Of a stretch of DNA of 64,000 bases, positions 30,771 through 41,803 are shown piece by piece. Source of the stretch: an uncultured Leptospira sp. (GTDB lineage: Bacteria; Spirochaetota; UBA4802; UB4802); assembly GCA_964509195.1 (NCBI GenBank), contig CAZDWJ010000002.1, positions 74,922 through 138,921 of the forward strand. The letters are read 5' to 3'. A program made the position numbers and the translations under genes. The number at the start of each line of letters is the position of its first letter. Position 1 is the stretch's first letter. A model generated the notes under the pieces. It was not told where the DNA came from. It did no database searches and worked only from the letters and a program-made list of their open reading frames with translations.

Positions 30771-33700
30771 ATGGAGTCTTCAACTGTTTTTGATATTTTA
30801 CAATTCAGTAACTGTGATTTTATTATAGCCGATAGCTCTTTACACATACTCCATTCTAATAATGAAAATGCTATTAATAAATTTATCCCTGATGTTTTTC
30901 CTTACTCTATAATCACTAATGAACTAAAAAGTTTTTTGAACGATACCAACAATACCCCAAATAAAAATCAAAGTATAGTAGCATCACCTGACCAGAATCT
31001 GCCATACATTTTCAGCATACATACAATCAACAGTAACGATACAGTGAATCTGCTAATACTCAGCAGGTTAAAAAACACTTTTCCAGTTGCTATACAAAAA
31101 CTGTATGATGAGATATACAATATAAAAGTTTTTGAAGAAGATACAGAACATTTCGTAGATGTATTCAAATATATACTGGATACTGTAATAAAAGTTACTG
31201 GGATGGACTGCGGTGGAATATATGTAATTGACCCTCTTACCCAGCATTTAAAATTAACCTTTGCACAGGGTGTCAGCAAATCATTTATAGAAAAAGTCTC
31301 TTTCTATACTCCCGACAGCTGGAATTATCAATTAATAATTAAAGGCACTCCGCAATATATTGACTATACCACAATGAGTTTGGCTGACAATGATTTTAGA
31401 AAGCAGGAAGGAATTAAAGCAATCGCAGCAATTCCTATAGTATTTAGCAATCATGTTATTGGTGTTATTAATGTTGGTTCTCACTCAACAAATATAATTC
31501 CGGTTTATATACAACCATTGCTTGAAGTAATTAGCCAGCAATTAGGAGTAATTATTGATAAATTCATGATGAAAAGCCTTCTGGCACAATTTGCATTTGA
31601 TAAAGAAAAAATTGTTACAATGCATGATGTTGTTTACCAGATTGATAAAGATACAATAATCAGGTATATAAGTCCTAATATTAAAAATTTTATTGGGTTT
31701 ACTCCTTCAGAAATGATTGGTAAATCATTTGTAGATTTTATATATCCAGAAGATTTACCTATGGTGCTTGAGAGTTATGAACGATCAAAAAGAAGAATTA
31801 TTGAACCTCTGGAATACCGTTTGATTACCAAAGATAAATCGTACCGCTATATTTTGACTTTATCCGAAGCACATTACGATGGACAAGGAAATTATATTGG
31901 TCTTTCGGGTGTGGGCACTGATATACATGAAAAAAAGTTAGCTGAAATAAGATTAAAAGATAGCGAAGAGAAATTCAAAACGCTGGCAAATTCTGTTTTA
32001 ACTTCGATTTTCATTATTCAGGATGATATAATGCAATGGGTAAATCCAGCTACAGCAGATATTCTGGAATGCTCTGATGAAGAAATTATTGGTAAGCCAT
32101 TTTACACTTTTGTACATCCTGATGATGTTGAACAAGCAAAATTACGTGTAGCAGCGCGCCAACGTGGAGAAGATGTTATCAACAGATATGAAGCAAGAAT
32201 AGTAACAAAAAATAATACTGTTAAATGGATTGATTTTCATGTGGCAACAATACAATATAATGGACGTCTGGCAATATTAGGTTCTGCAACTGATGTGACC
32301 GATCGTAAAAATATTGAATTAGAGCTAAAAAACTCTGAGGAAAAATTTTATAAAGCATTTCATTCCAGCCCAATTCCAATGTCTATAAATACATTTAAAG
32401 ATGGGGTGTATCGAGAGGTAAATGAGGCTGCTTGCCAAACTTTTGGGTATTTGCCTCAAGAAGCTGTTGGACGTTCTATATTTGATTTAAACGTTTTTGC
32501 TGATAAAGATGAATTAGATGAGTATGTAAAAATATTACAGACAAATCAAAAAGTAAAAGATTTTAATGTTACATTCAAAACAAAAAATGGATTATTGAAA
32601 GATTGTATAATCAATTCCGACATATTTGATGCATCAAACGAAAAATTAGTAATAAGTTCCATAGTTGACATTACTCAGATAAAACGAAGTGCACAAATAA
32701 TTTATGAACAATACAGAGAATTACAAAAGGTCAATAGGGACTTAACAAAAACAAAAGAAGAGCTTACAATAAAGAATATACAGTTATATGATGAAAAAGA
32801 ACGTTTAAACAGGATTCTGGAATCAATAAATGATGCAGTTATTGTAACAGATAACAATGGAACAGTACTATTGGTTAATAACTCAACTTCGGTTTTGCTT
32901 GAAAAAAGCACTGATATACTCATAGGTAAAAAGGCAATGGATATTCTTACTATCGATTGCAAACAACCAATAGCTTTTCAATATGATGAAATTATACATA
33001 AAATAAAAACAGGATCACTGTCTCAGGAGTGTATATTATATGTTAATAATTTCTCTTATAATGTTGAATTACATATTTTGCCTTTAAAAGACCATATTGG
33101 CAATATATCAGGAATGGTGATCATCATCAGGGATATAACTCAAAAGAAGAAAATTGAAGAACATATTGCTCAAGCTTCAAAATTAGAATCAGTTGGATTA
33201 TTAGCAGCAGGTATAGCACATGATTTCAATAACATTCTGACGTCTATTGTAGGTAATCTATCAATAATTAAAAACAAGATAGGTAAATCAGCGGAATTCT
33301 ACAACAACTTACAGGAAGCTGAAAATGCTTCGTTCAGGGCCAAAGAACTGACTCGGCAATTATTGACATTCTCTAAGGGAGGAGCACCTGTAAGAAAAGT
33401 AACTTCACTAAGCACTACAATAATAGATACAGCCACATTTGTATTACGTGGTTCAGCTATTAAATGTAATTTCTCCATGGATGATGATTTGTGGCATGTT
33501 GAAGCAGACGTAGGGCAAATAAGCCAGGTTATTCAAAATATAGTTATTAATGCACGGGAAGCAATGAATGATCATGGCACCTTACACGTATATGCTCATA
33601 ATGTTAAGAATGACGATTCCATGCAATCGATAATTGGGAAAGAAAAATATATCAAAATATCAATTGAGGATAACGGTCCCGGGATAAAAGCAGAAAATAT

Positions 33701-34292
33701 TGAAAAAATTTATGACCCTTACTTTACAACAAAACCATATGGTACAGGTTTAGGATTAACGGTAGTATATTCAATTATTAAACAACATGGTGGATTAATC
33801 TTTGTAGATTCTACACCTAATAAAGGTACACGCTTTGATATCTATCTAAAAGCTACTGATAAACCAGCTGATGATTTTAATAAAGAATACGAAGTTTCAT
33901 CCATTTTTGGGAAAGGTAAGATACTTGTACTGGAAGATGATGAAAATATACAGTTTATATTAAAAACAATGCTCCAAGAATTGGGATATGAAGTAGACAT
34001 CGCAAATGATGGAGATGAAGCCCTGGAAAAGTATGAGAAATATAGAAATCATACTGAGAACTACTTATTTGCAATTATGGATTTAACCATTCCTGGCAAA
34101 AAAGGTGGTAAAGAAACAATAAAACAAATCCGTCAGATCGATAAAGATTTCAAGGTCATAGTATCCAGTGGTTATTCCAATGATCCTGTTATGTCTAATT
34201 ATAAAGAATATGGATTTGACGGTATACTGCCAAAACCATATCGTTTTGAGGATTTAAAACAAATTATTGCTTCATTAAATATACTATCCTAA
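30771..34292 (+). CDS. hybrid sensor histidine kinase with multiple PAS/GAF domains, HisKA-HATPase and C-terminal receiver
   Basis: 1173 aa. H-box AHDFNNILTSIVGN. G-boxes DNGPGI and GTGLGL. REC with KILVLEDDE...AIMDLTIPG...K. Several PAS-like repeats and one GAF-like region. Confidence 0.85.
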   Translation: MESSTVFDILQFSNCDFIIADSSLHILHSNNENAINKFIPDVFPYSIITNELKSFLNDTNNTPNKNQSIVASPDQNLPYIFSIHTINSNDTVNLLILSRLKNTFPVAIQKLYDEIYNIKVFEEDTEHFVDVFKYILDTVIKVTGMDCGGIYVIDPLTQHLKLTFAQGVSKSFIEKVSFYTPDSWNYQLIIKGTPQYIDYTTMSLADNDFRKQEGIKAIAAIPIVFSNHVIGVINVGSHSTNIIPVYIQPLLEVISQQLGVIIDKFMMKSLLAQFAFDKEKIVTMHDVVYQIDKDTIIRYISPNIKNFIGFTPSEMIGKSFVDFIYPEDLPMVLESYERSKRRIIEPLEYRLITKDKSYRYILTLSEAHYDGQGNYIGLSGVGTDIHEKKLAEIRLKDSEEKFKTLANSVLTSIFIIQDDIMQWVNPATADILECSDEEIIGKPFYTFVHPDDVEQAKLRVAARQRGEDVINRYEARIVTKNNTVKWIDFHVATIQYNGRLAILGSATDVTDRKNIELELKNSEEKFYKAFHSSPIPMSINTFKDGVYREVNEAACQTFGYLPQEAVGRSIFDLNVFADKDELDEYVKILQTNQKVKDFNVTFKTKNGLLKDCIINSDIFDASNEKLVISSIVDITQIKRSAQIIYEQYRELQKVNRDLTKTKEELTIKNIQLYDEKERLNRILESINDAVIVTDNNGTVLLVNNSTSVLLEKSTDILIGKKAMDILTIDCKQPIAFQYDEIIHKIKTGSLSQECILYVNNFSYNVELHILPLKDHIGNISGMVIIIRDITQKKKIEEHIAQASKLESVGLLAAGIAHDFNNILTSIVGNLSIIKNKIGKSAEFYNNLQEAENASFRAKELTRQLLTFSKGGAPVRKVTSLSTTIIDTATFVLRGSAIKCNFSMDDDLWHVEADVGQISQVIQNIVINAREAMNDHGTLHVYAHNVKNDDSMQSIIGKEKYIKISIEDNGPGIKAENIEKIYDPYFTTKPYGTGLGLTVVYSIIKQHGGLIFVDSTPNKGTRFDIYLKATDKPADDFNKEYEVSSIFGKGKILVLEDDENIQFILKTMLQELGYEVDIANDGDEALEKYEKYRNHTENYLFAIMDLTIPGKKGGKETIKQIRQIDKDFKVIVSSGYSNDPVMSNYKEYGFDGILPKPYRFEDLKQIIASLNILS

Positions 34293-34463
34293 TTTTTTTT
34301 AGAAATCTGTATATAAGAGCTATTTATTATTTATATGCAGCAACATCAGATTGGGAACTATTTTAAAAATAACTTGACACATTATATATTATTTTAATAT
34401 TGAGAAAATCTTGATCATGTTCTTTTTATTGCTATTTATGGTCAGGTCTGTATTATGATACAG

Positions 34464-34536
34464 GGGTTGCTAGCTCAACTGGTAGAGCACCTGACTCTTA
34501 ATCAGATGGTTCCGAGTTCGAGTCTCGGGCAACCCA
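34464..34536 (+). tRNA. tRNA-Lys (CTT)
   Basis: GGGTTGCTAGCTCAACTGGTAGAGCACCTGACTCTTAATCAG...GTTCGAGTCTCGGGCAACCCA. Anticodon loop CTCTTAA. Confidence 0.8.
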
Positions 34537-34605
34537 AACTCCGCTACGCAGTTAAAAATTAGCTTGAAAAAATTGCTTGACTTTTTGATATTGTAATTAA
34601 ATTAT

Positions 34606-34687
34606 GCGAGCGTGGCGGAACTGGTAGACGCGCTAGACTTAGGATCTAGTACCTTAGGGTGTGGGGGTTCAAGTCCCTTCGCTCGCA
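34606..34687 (+). tRNA. tRNA-Leu (TAG), long variable arm
   Basis: GCGAGCGTGGCGGAACTGGTAGACGCGCTAGACTTAGGATCTAG, long variable arm, GGGGTTCAAGTCCCTTCGCTCGCA. Anticodon loop CTTAGGA. Confidence 0.85.
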
Positions 34688-34691
34688 ATGT

Positions 34692-34763
34692 GCGGGAATA
34701 ACTCAGCGGTAGAGTGCAACCTTGCCAAGGTTGAGGTCGCGGGTTCAAATCCCGTTTCCCGCT
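34692..34763 (+). tRNA. tRNA-Gly (GCC)
   Basis: GCGGGAATAACTCAGCGGTAGAGTGCAACCTTGCCAAGGTTG...GGGTTCAAATCCCGTTTCCCGCT. Anticodon loop TTGCCAA. Confidence 0.85.
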
Positions 34764-34770
34764 CATCTAT

Positions 34771-34803
34771 AAAGAGGCTGCTTACGTAGGCAGCCTCTTT
34801 CTT
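34771..34803 (+). terminator. rho-independent terminator after the tRNA Lys-Leu-Gly cluster
   Basis: 11-bp perfect stem aaagaggctgc / gcagcctcttt with an 8-nt loop, followed by ctt. Confidence 0.7.
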
Positions 34804-35189
34804 ATAGATATTGTTCAGAATATACTATTAAGCAATTACGTTACGAAATGTGATTCACTACTATATCAAGATTAGAATAACATTCCAGAAGACTGACAAA
34901 AACCAGCAACCAGTTTACCCATAGCTATCTTTTATATTAATAACTATCGCATAAAAAAAGTATTTGACGCTATCTATAGTAAAATTAAATATACAAAAAA
35001 TCAATTGTTTATCAAATAAGATTCAAAATTGTGCTATAATTGTATTCTGATAATACGTTAGTGATAATTTTCCTGTAATTGACTATTCGATATATCCTAA
35101 ATGTATATATGATAGTTCCCCTTTATTACTTGTATTGATAAGGAATTAATATTTTATTATAACATATTATTACGTATAGGAGAAAAACC

Positions 35190-36533
35190 TTGGAAATTAA
35201 AGAGTCAAAACTTGAGAATGCACGGATGCGGCTTGCTATCGAAATACCCAATGAGAGGGTAGATGCTGAATATGAAAAGGTATTAAAAAATGTACAGAAG
35301 AAAGCTGAAATCAAAGGATTCAGAGTTGGCAAAGCCCCGCTTGATTTGGTTGAAAAAAAATATGCTGAATTTGTAACAGGAGAGACGGCTGAAAATATAG
35401 TGCGGTCTGCATACATTGAAGCAATTGAACAAAAAGGATATACCCCGGTAAGCCAGCCTGTGTTTGATTTTAAAGACCTAGAAAAAGGTAAGCCTTTTTC
35501 GTTTGTTGTGGAATTTGATATACCGCCAACTATTGAGCTTGGCAATTATAAAGGAATTCATGTTGAACAAAAATCGGTGAAAGTTACTGATGAAGATGTG
35601 GATGCCGAAATTGAATCAATGCGTGAGCGTATGGCGACAGTAACCAAAAAAGATGGTGATGATGTAAAAGTTAGCAAAGGCGACCAGGTCACATTGAAGA
35701 TGAAACGCATTGATGACAAAACGCCTGAAGAGATAGATGCCACAGCCTTTTCCTCTCACAACCTTATTGTTGGTAAAAGCAAAGAATCATGGGCTATTGA
35801 TGATGATATTATGGGGATGAAAAAAGGCGAAGAAAAAGAAATTAAAGTCAAATACCCCAAAGATTATGAAGTAGAAGACCTAAAAGGGCAAAAGGTAACC
35901 TATTTAGTGAAAGTTGAAGAAATTTTTGAGCGACAGTTACCGGAGCTAAATGATGAATTTGCAAAAAGCGTAGGAGAGTACAATACTCTTGAAGAGTTAA
36001 AAACCCGTATACGAGAAAATCTGGAAACGTATGCAAAAGAACAGACACTAAATCAGGCGAAGAATGATATACTTACAAAAATAGTTGAACATAGCACATT
36101 TGATATACCGCAATCACTAATTCAAAAAGAAATGTATGCCATTTTCAGACGATTACAGTCTAGGTTTGGCAATGTTGGCAATGATATCAATGAATTTGCA
36201 TCGATATTTGGTATTAATCCTGAAGAGCTATCGAAATCAATTATGAAGGAAGCTGAGCGGAATATCAAAAATGCACTGGTATTGACTAAAATAGCTGAAC
36301 GTGAACAACTCAAGGTTTCGGAAGAGCAGTTTCAGAAGTTCATTAAATCAATTGCTGAGCGAAATGGGGTTAAAGAAGAAGAAGTTGTCAAGGTTATTGA
36401 AGAAAAGGGAAACAGGGAAGAAATAGAAGGTGATTTAATATTGGATACAGCGTATGATTTTATTTATCAGAATGCTGATATAAAAATGCTAAAACCTGTA
36501 ACTTTTCAGGAATATATTAACGAAAAGAAGTAA
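35190..36533 (+). CDS. tig: trigger factor (ribosome-associated chaperone / PPIase)
   Basis: N-terminal ribosome-binding GFRxGKxP signature (GFRVGKAP), central FKBP-like domain. 447 aa. TTG start with RBS aggaga. Confidence 0.9.
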   Translation: MEIKESKLENARMRLAIEIPNERVDAEYEKVLKNVQKKAEIKGFRVGKAPLDLVEKKYAEFVTGETAENIVRSAYIEAIEQKGYTPVSQPVFDFKDLEKGKPFSFVVEFDIPPTIELGNYKGIHVEQKSVKVTDEDVDAEIESMRERMATVTKKDGDDVKVSKGDQVTLKMKRIDDKTPEEIDATAFSSHNLIVGKSKESWAIDDDIMGMKKGEEKEIKVKYPKDYEVEDLKGQKVTYLVKVEEIFERQLPELNDEFAKSVGEYNTLEELKTRIRENLETYAKEQTLNQAKNDILTKIVEHSTFDIPQSLIQKEMYAIFRRLQSRFGNVGNDINEFASIFGINPEELSKSIMKEAERNIKNALVLTKIAEREQLKVSEEQFQKFIKSIAERNGVKEEEVVKVIEEKGNREEIEGDLILDTAYDFIYQNADIKMLKPVTFQEYINEKK

Positions 36534-36629
36534 ATACACGTTCAGTATATTTTATAGAACTTCAATAAACTGATGCTACACTATATATTGAGATTGTTTA
36601 GAAATTTATAAATTTGTTGAGGTATTAGC

Positions 36630-37220
36630 ATGAGTTATCTTGTACCAATTGTTGTAGAACAAACGGCACGCGGCGAGCGGGCATACGATATTTATTCCCG
36701 TCTGTTAAAAGACCGTATAATATTTATAGGGGATGCAATTGATGATCATGTTGCAAGTCTGGTAATAGCTCAGTTATTGTTTTTAGAAGCAGAGGATCCT
36801 GATAAGGATATCTATTTATATATCAACTCACCTGGTGGGATTGTAACATCTGGATTGGCAATTTATGATACCATGCAGTACGTTAAACCTGATGTTGCGA
36901 CTATTTGTCTGGGTCAGGCGGCTTCCATGGCGTCATTGTTATTGGCTGCAGGTGCACCTGGCAAACGTTCTGCACTTCCAAACTCACGTATTATGCTCCA
37001 CCAACCAATGGGTGGTTTTCAAGGTCAGGCTTCGGATATTGCCATTCATGCAAAGGAAATTCTGAAAATTAAATCCAAACTGAACGAAATATATGCTGTA
37101 CATACTAAACAATCAATAGAAAAAATTGAAAAAGATGTGGACAGGGATTATTTTATGGATGCCCAGGAAGCTGTTGAGTATGGATTAATTGATAAAGTTA
37201 TACGTAAAGATAGTAGATAA
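36630..37220 (+). CDS. clpP: ATP-dependent Clp protease proteolytic subunit
   Basis: Ser-His-Asp triad context [13 protein letters not shown] and RD. 196 aa. Confidence 0.95.
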   Translation: MSYLVPIVVEQTARGERAYDIYSRLLKDRIIFIGDAIDDHVASLVIAQLLFLEAEDPDKDIYLYINSPGGIVTSGLAIYDTMQYVKPDVATICLGQAASMASLLLAAGAPGKRSALPNSRIMLHQPMGGFQGQASDIAIHAKEILKIKSKLNEIYAVHTKQSIEKIEKDVDRDYFMDAQEAVEYGLIDKVIRKDSR

Positions 37221-37252
37221 GTAATGTATAAGAAAAAATAATAAGAGGATAT

Positions 37253-38521
37253 ATGTCAAACAAGAAAAAAGATAATGGCAAACCTGAAATAACTCATTAT
37301 TGCTCGTTTTGTGGGAAAAGTCAGGATCTTGTCCGAAAATTAGTTGCTGGTCCAAATGTATATATATGTGACGAATGCATTGAATTATGCAATGAAATTC
37401 TTGAGGAAGACTGGGCGTTGGAAGGTGGTGACCTTTTAACCAGTAATTTACCCAAACCACATGAGATTAAAGCTATCCTTGATGAATATGTGATTGGACA
37501 GGAGTATGCAAAAAAAGTCCTTTCAGTTGCCGTATATAACCACTATAAAAGAATTACGAGCAATTTTAACTTAAGGAAAGGTGATGTTGAATTAGATAAA
37601 AGTAATATATTATTAATTGGCCCAACAGGAAGTGGCAAGACATTGCTTGCTCAAACTCTTGCAAAGATATTAAAAGTACCATTTGCAATAGCAGATGCAA
37701 CATCCTTGACTGAAGCAGGTTATGTGGGTGAGGATGTTGAAAATATATTGCTGAGACTGATCCAGAATGCAGATGGCGATGTGAAAAGAGCTGAGATTGG
37801 AATCATATATATTGATGAAATTGATAAAATTTCACGTAAATCTGAGAACCCATCAATAACCCGTGATGTCTCAGGTGAAGGTGTTCAACAGGCTCTGTTA
37901 AAGATTGTTGAAGGGACTATCGCTAATGTTCCTCCACAGGGCGGTAGAAAACATCCTCATCAGGAATTCATATCTATCGATACCAGAAACATTCTTTTTA
38001 TTTGCGGTGGTGCATTTGTTGGTCTGGACAAAATTGTTCATGCTCGAATTGGCAACAAAACCATGGGATTTGGAGCTGAGGTGAAATCTGTTAAAGACAT
38101 AGGGAAGATTAATATATTGGAAAAGATGATACCAGAGGATCTTATCAGATATGGCTTGATTCCAGAGTTTGTTGGAAGATTGCATGTACATGCTGTATTG
38201 CATGAACTTGACAAGCAGGCTTTAAAGGAAATTCTTACAAAACCTCGAAATGCGTTAACCAAGCAATATCAAAAGATATTTGCATTTGAAAACGTTGAGC
38301 TTGAATTTACTGATTCCGCAATTGAAGCCATAGCTCAGATTGCAATTGAACGAGAAACAGGTGCGCGGGGCTTAAGGTCAGTCCTTGAGGAGATAATGCT
38401 GGATCTGATGTATGAAATTCCTTCCAAAAAAACCATAGCAAAGGTTATCATTAACGAAGATGTGGTGCTGCACAGAAAATCCCCTGAAATTATCCAGCGT
38501 TCAGCAGAAAAAAGTGCCTAA
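37253..38521 (+). CDS. clpX: ATP-dependent Clp protease ATP-binding subunit ClpX
   Basis: N-terminal C4 zinc finger (CSFCGK...CDEC), Walker A GPTGSGKT, Walker [10 protein letters not shown], sensor motifs. Confidence 0.95.
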   Translation: MSNKKKDNGKPEITHYCSFCGKSQDLVRKLVAGPNVYICDECIELCNEILEEDWALEGGDLLTSNLPKPHEIKAILDEYVIGQEYAKKVLSVAVYNHYKRITSNFNLRKGDVELDKSNILLIGPTGSGKTLLAQTLAKILKVPFAIADATSLTEAGYVGEDVENILLRLIQNADGDVKRAEIGIIYIDEIDKISRKSENPSITRDVSGEGVQQALLKIVEGTIANVPPQGGRKHPHQEFISIDTRNILFICGGAFVGLDKIVHARIGNKTMGFGAEVKSVKDIGKINILEKMIPEDLIRYGLIPEFVGRLHVHAVLHELDKQALKEILTKPRNALTKQYQKIFAFENVELEFTDSAIEAIAQIAIERETGARGLRSVLEEIMLDLMYEIPSKKTIAKVIINEDVVLHRKSPEIIQRSAEKSA

Positions 38522-38593
38522 AGGTATGTCCAAATTGCACTATTTTCAGTATTTTATTAATTGGAACACTACACAAACTATTCAGGAGAAACT

Positions 38594-41038
38594 ATGAAAA
38601 AAGATATAGATTATTTAAAACGATATCCTCTGTTGCCATTGCGTGACATGGTGATATTCCCACATATGGTAATACCATTGTTTGTGGGCAGGGATATCTC
38701 AATAAAAGCATTGGATTCGGCAATGAAAGGCGACCGCCTTTTAGTACTAGCTACCCAGATTGATTCACAGATAGCTAATCCTAAAAAAGAAGATGTCCAT
38801 GATGTTGGAACACTTTCCGAAATACTTCAGCTTTTAAAATTACCGGATGGTACTGTGAAGGTTCTTGTGGAAGGCATATCCCGTGTTTATATCTCTCATT
38901 TTGATTCAACTGATGATGGGATTACGGTAGGCATTAAGGATATTGAACGTCCTTATGAAACCGATTCAAAAGTGGAAGCATTAAAACGTAATTTAATCGA
39001 TACATTTGAAAAATATATCAAATTAAACAAAAAAGTTCCTCAGGAAGCCCTGACGACAGTCATGCAGATTGAGGATATTTCTCATCTTGCAGATGTTATT
39101 GCCTCATATATTACAATGCGCGTTGAATATAAACAGGCAATATTGGAATTAGGAAACCCTGTAGAAAGGATTGAAAAGCTCATTGAACTCATTAATGGTG
39201 AAATTGAAATAATGTATATTGAGAAGAAGATACAGGGCAAAGTCAGAAAACAGATGGAAAAAACCCAGAAAGAATATTATCTCAATGAACAGATTAAAGT
39301 TATTAAAAAGGAATTAGGGCAGGGTGATGATTTAGCTGATGAAGTTGAAGAATTGCGCAAATCAATTGAAGAAGCAAAGATGTCCAAAGAAGCAAAGGAT
39401 AAGGCATTAAAAGAACTAAAACGATTGGAAAAAATGCCACCATTATCAGCTGAATCTGCTGTTGTACGTACGTATATTGAATGGCTTAGAGATGTTCCAT
39501 GGTATAAACGAACACGTGACAATCGTGACATTGATCATGCAATGCAGGTTCTTAATGAAGATCATTATGGCTTAGAGGAAGTGAAAGAAAGGATTATTGA
39601 ATATATAGCTGTACGCCATCTCTCAAATAAATTAAAAGGTCCAATTTTATGTTTTGTTGGCCCTCCTGGTGTTGGGAAAACTTCGCTTGGCCGATCAGTT
39701 GCAAGAGCATTGGGCAGAAAATTTGTAAGAATGTCATTAGGTGGAGTTCGTGATGAAGCTGAGATTCGTGGTCACCGGCGCACATATGTTGGTGCTTTGC
39801 CAGGAAGGATTATTCAGCAAATGAAGAAAGCAGGTGTTGTCAATCCCGTATTTCTCCTTGATGAAGTGGATAAAATGTCGATGGATTTCAGAGGTGACCC
39901 TTCATCAGCTTTGCTTGAGGTTTTAGACCCTGAGCAAAATAATTCATTTGTAGATCACTATCTTGAAGTGCCATACGACCTTTCAGATGTTCTTTTTATT
40001 ACCACTGCAAACGTTCAACATAGGATACCTGCTCCACTACAGGATAGGATGGAAATAATTGAAATCAATAGTTATACTGAACCAGAAAAGTTAAATATCG
40101 GGTTGCAGTTTTTATTGCCTAAACAGATTAAGGAAAATGGATTAAATGATTCAAATATAAAATACAGCGAAGAAATGATGTTATACACCATACGCCACTA
40201 TACACGTGAAGCCGGTGTGAGAAATTTAGAACGAGTCATAGCAAAAGTATGCCGTAAAGTTGCACGGGAAGTTGTAAAACATAGTACTTCGCATACCCGT
40301 GAAATAACCGTTGATATACTACACGAGTATTTAGGGCCTATCAAGTTCAAATATGGGGAAAAAGAACAGAAGAGTGAAATAGGACTTGCCAATGGCCTTG
40401 CATGGACCGAAGTTGGTGGAGATGTGTTACAGGTTGAAGCTTCTCTTATAAAAGGGAAAGGGCAGCTTATACTTACTGGTCAGTTAGGTGAAGTGATGCA
40501 GGAATCTGCACATGCAGCATTCACTTATGTCCGTGCGAACACACAATATTTCAACATTCCTGATGATGTTCTGCGCAAACATGATATCCATCTCCATGTT
40601 CCTGAAGGAGCTATACCTAAAGACGGGCCTTCTGCAGGGATTACTATGGGTGTAGTGATTGCGTCACTGCTCAGTCAGATTCCTGTACGGTGTGATGTTG
40701 CGATGACTGGAGAAATAACTCTTCGTGGGAAAGTATTGCCCATTGGGGGTTTGAAGGAAAAGGTGCTGGCTGCACACCGTGCACAGATTAAACATATTAT
40801 ACTCCCCAAAGATAATGAAAAAGATCTGGAAAAAATACCTGAATATGTTCGTAAACAGCTTATTTTCCACCCTGTTACTAGTATGGAAGAGGTGTTATTC
40901 CTGTCATTAGAAGAGCCAGAAAAATTCTTTAAAGATAGGCAAAAGACTGAAAAACTTAATGAACAATGGAAAGATAGCGTAAGGGAATCAGTAATTTCGG
41001 ATATGAGCAATCTACTGACAAAACATACTTATACGTAG
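38594..41038 (+). CDS. lon: Lon protease (LonA)
   Basis: N-terminal LON domain, AAA+ Walker A GPPGVGKTS, Walker B FLLDEVDK, C-terminal protease PKDGPSAG with the Ser-Lys dyad. ATG at 38594 follows RBS aggaga. Confidence 0.95.
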   Translation: MKKDIDYLKRYPLLPLRDMVIFPHMVIPLFVGRDISIKALDSAMKGDRLLVLATQIDSQIANPKKEDVHDVGTLSEILQLLKLPDGTVKVLVEGISRVYISHFDSTDDGITVGIKDIERPYETDSKVEALKRNLIDTFEKYIKLNKKVPQEALTTVMQIEDISHLADVIASYITMRVEYKQAILELGNPVERIEKLIELINGEIEIMYIEKKIQGKVRKQMEKTQKEYYLNEQIKVIKKELGQGDDLADEVEELRKSIEEAKMSKEAKDKALKELKRLEKMPPLSAESAVVRTYIEWLRDVPWYKRTRDNRDIDHAMQVLNEDHYGLEEVKERIIEYIAVRHLSNKLKGPILCFVGPPGVGKTSLGRSVARALGRKFVRMSLGGVRDEAEIRGHRRTYVGALPGRIIQQMKKAGVVNPVFLLDEVDKMSMDFRGDPSSALLEVLDPEQNNSFVDHYLEVPYDLSDVLFITTANVQHRIPAPLQDRMEIIEINSYTEPEKLNIGLQFLLPKQIKENGLNDSNIKYSEEMMLYTIRHYTREAGVRNLERVIAKVCRKVAREVVKHSTSHTREITVDILHEYLGPIKFKYGEKEQKSEIGLANGLAWTEVGGDVLQVEASLIKGKGQLILTGQLGEVMQESAHAAFTYVRANTQYFNIPDDVLRKHDIHLHVPEGAIPKDGPSAGITMGVVIASLLSQIPVRCDVAMTGEITLRGKVLPIGGLKEKVLAAHRAQIKHIILPKDNEKDLEKIPEYVRKQLIFHPVTSMEEVLFLSLEEPEKFFKDRQKTEKLNEQWKDSVRESVISDMSNLLTKHTYT

Positions 41039-41047
41039 AGAACTTTT

Positions 41048-41800
41048 TTAATTTTTTTCAAAATGGATTAAAAGCTTGTTGGATGTTTTACTGAAAGGTT
41101 CTTTTTTTGAATTTGCATAGATATTTATAATTTTAAATCCGTTGTTCTGTAAGAATTCTTCAATCTCTTCTTTGAAAAATGCACGCATTATATGTTTATC
41201 TTTAATTTGCTGTGTTGTAGTACCTTCTGAAATAGTATATAAATAGTTTACTTCAGCAATGGTTTTATTAGCATCAGGTGTAAGGGTAAAACCCCGCTGA
41301 CGTTCAATAGTTAGATTTTTGTATCTAACACTTGACACTGTTGTTAAGGGTTTTTCTTTTATTTCACGCACAGGAATTGCATTCCAAATTTCAAAGAGTC
41401 CAAAACCATTGTTTTTTAACGCTCTCCATGTATTCCACAAAACCTTGTCAACGTCTTCATCGTGTATCATGTAATCAAACGATCCAAATAATGATATGAT
41501 TACATCAAAATCTTCAAAAAAGTCAAAAGTTGTTATATCAGATAGCAAATAATTAGCTGCATTGGGAAATCGTAATTTAGCAAATGTTAACATATTTTTG
41601 CTGTTATCGATTCCGGTGCAGATAAAACCTCTTTTTGATAGTTCATTAAGATGCTCGCCAGTGCCACAACCTAAATCAAGAAGAGTTGGATTTATTTTAC
41701 CAGAAGAAAGTTCCTTAATGAGGAAGATATCATCATTAATATTTCTGTGGCATTTCTCGATGGTAAAATAATATTCAGCTAAGTCGTGATATAATTTCAT
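41048..41800 (-). CDS. class I SAM-dependent methyltransferase
   Basis: Motif I LDLGCGTGEH, post-I GIDNS. 250 aa. Confidence 0.7.
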   Translation of the reverse strand: MKLYHDLAEYYFTIEKCHRNINDDIFLIKELSSGKINPTLLDLGCGTGEHLNELSKRGFICTGIDNSKNMLTFAKLRFPNAANYLLSDITTFDFFEDFDVIISLFGSFDYMIHDEDVDKVLWNTWRALKNNGFGLFEIWNAIPVREIKEKPLTTVSSVRYKNLTIERQRGFTLTPDANKTIAEVNYLYTISEGTTTQQIKDKHIMRAFFKEEIEEFLQNNGFKIINIYANSKKEPFSKTSNKLLIHFEKN

Positions 41801-41803
41801 GAT

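Noticed and set aside
34374-34402. TTGACA-containing candidate promoter upstream of the tRNA Lys-Leu-Gly cluster
   Set aside because: The -35 is perfect, but no satisfactory -10 lies at 16-18 nt (atattg or taatat at odd spacing), so it is not listed as a feature.
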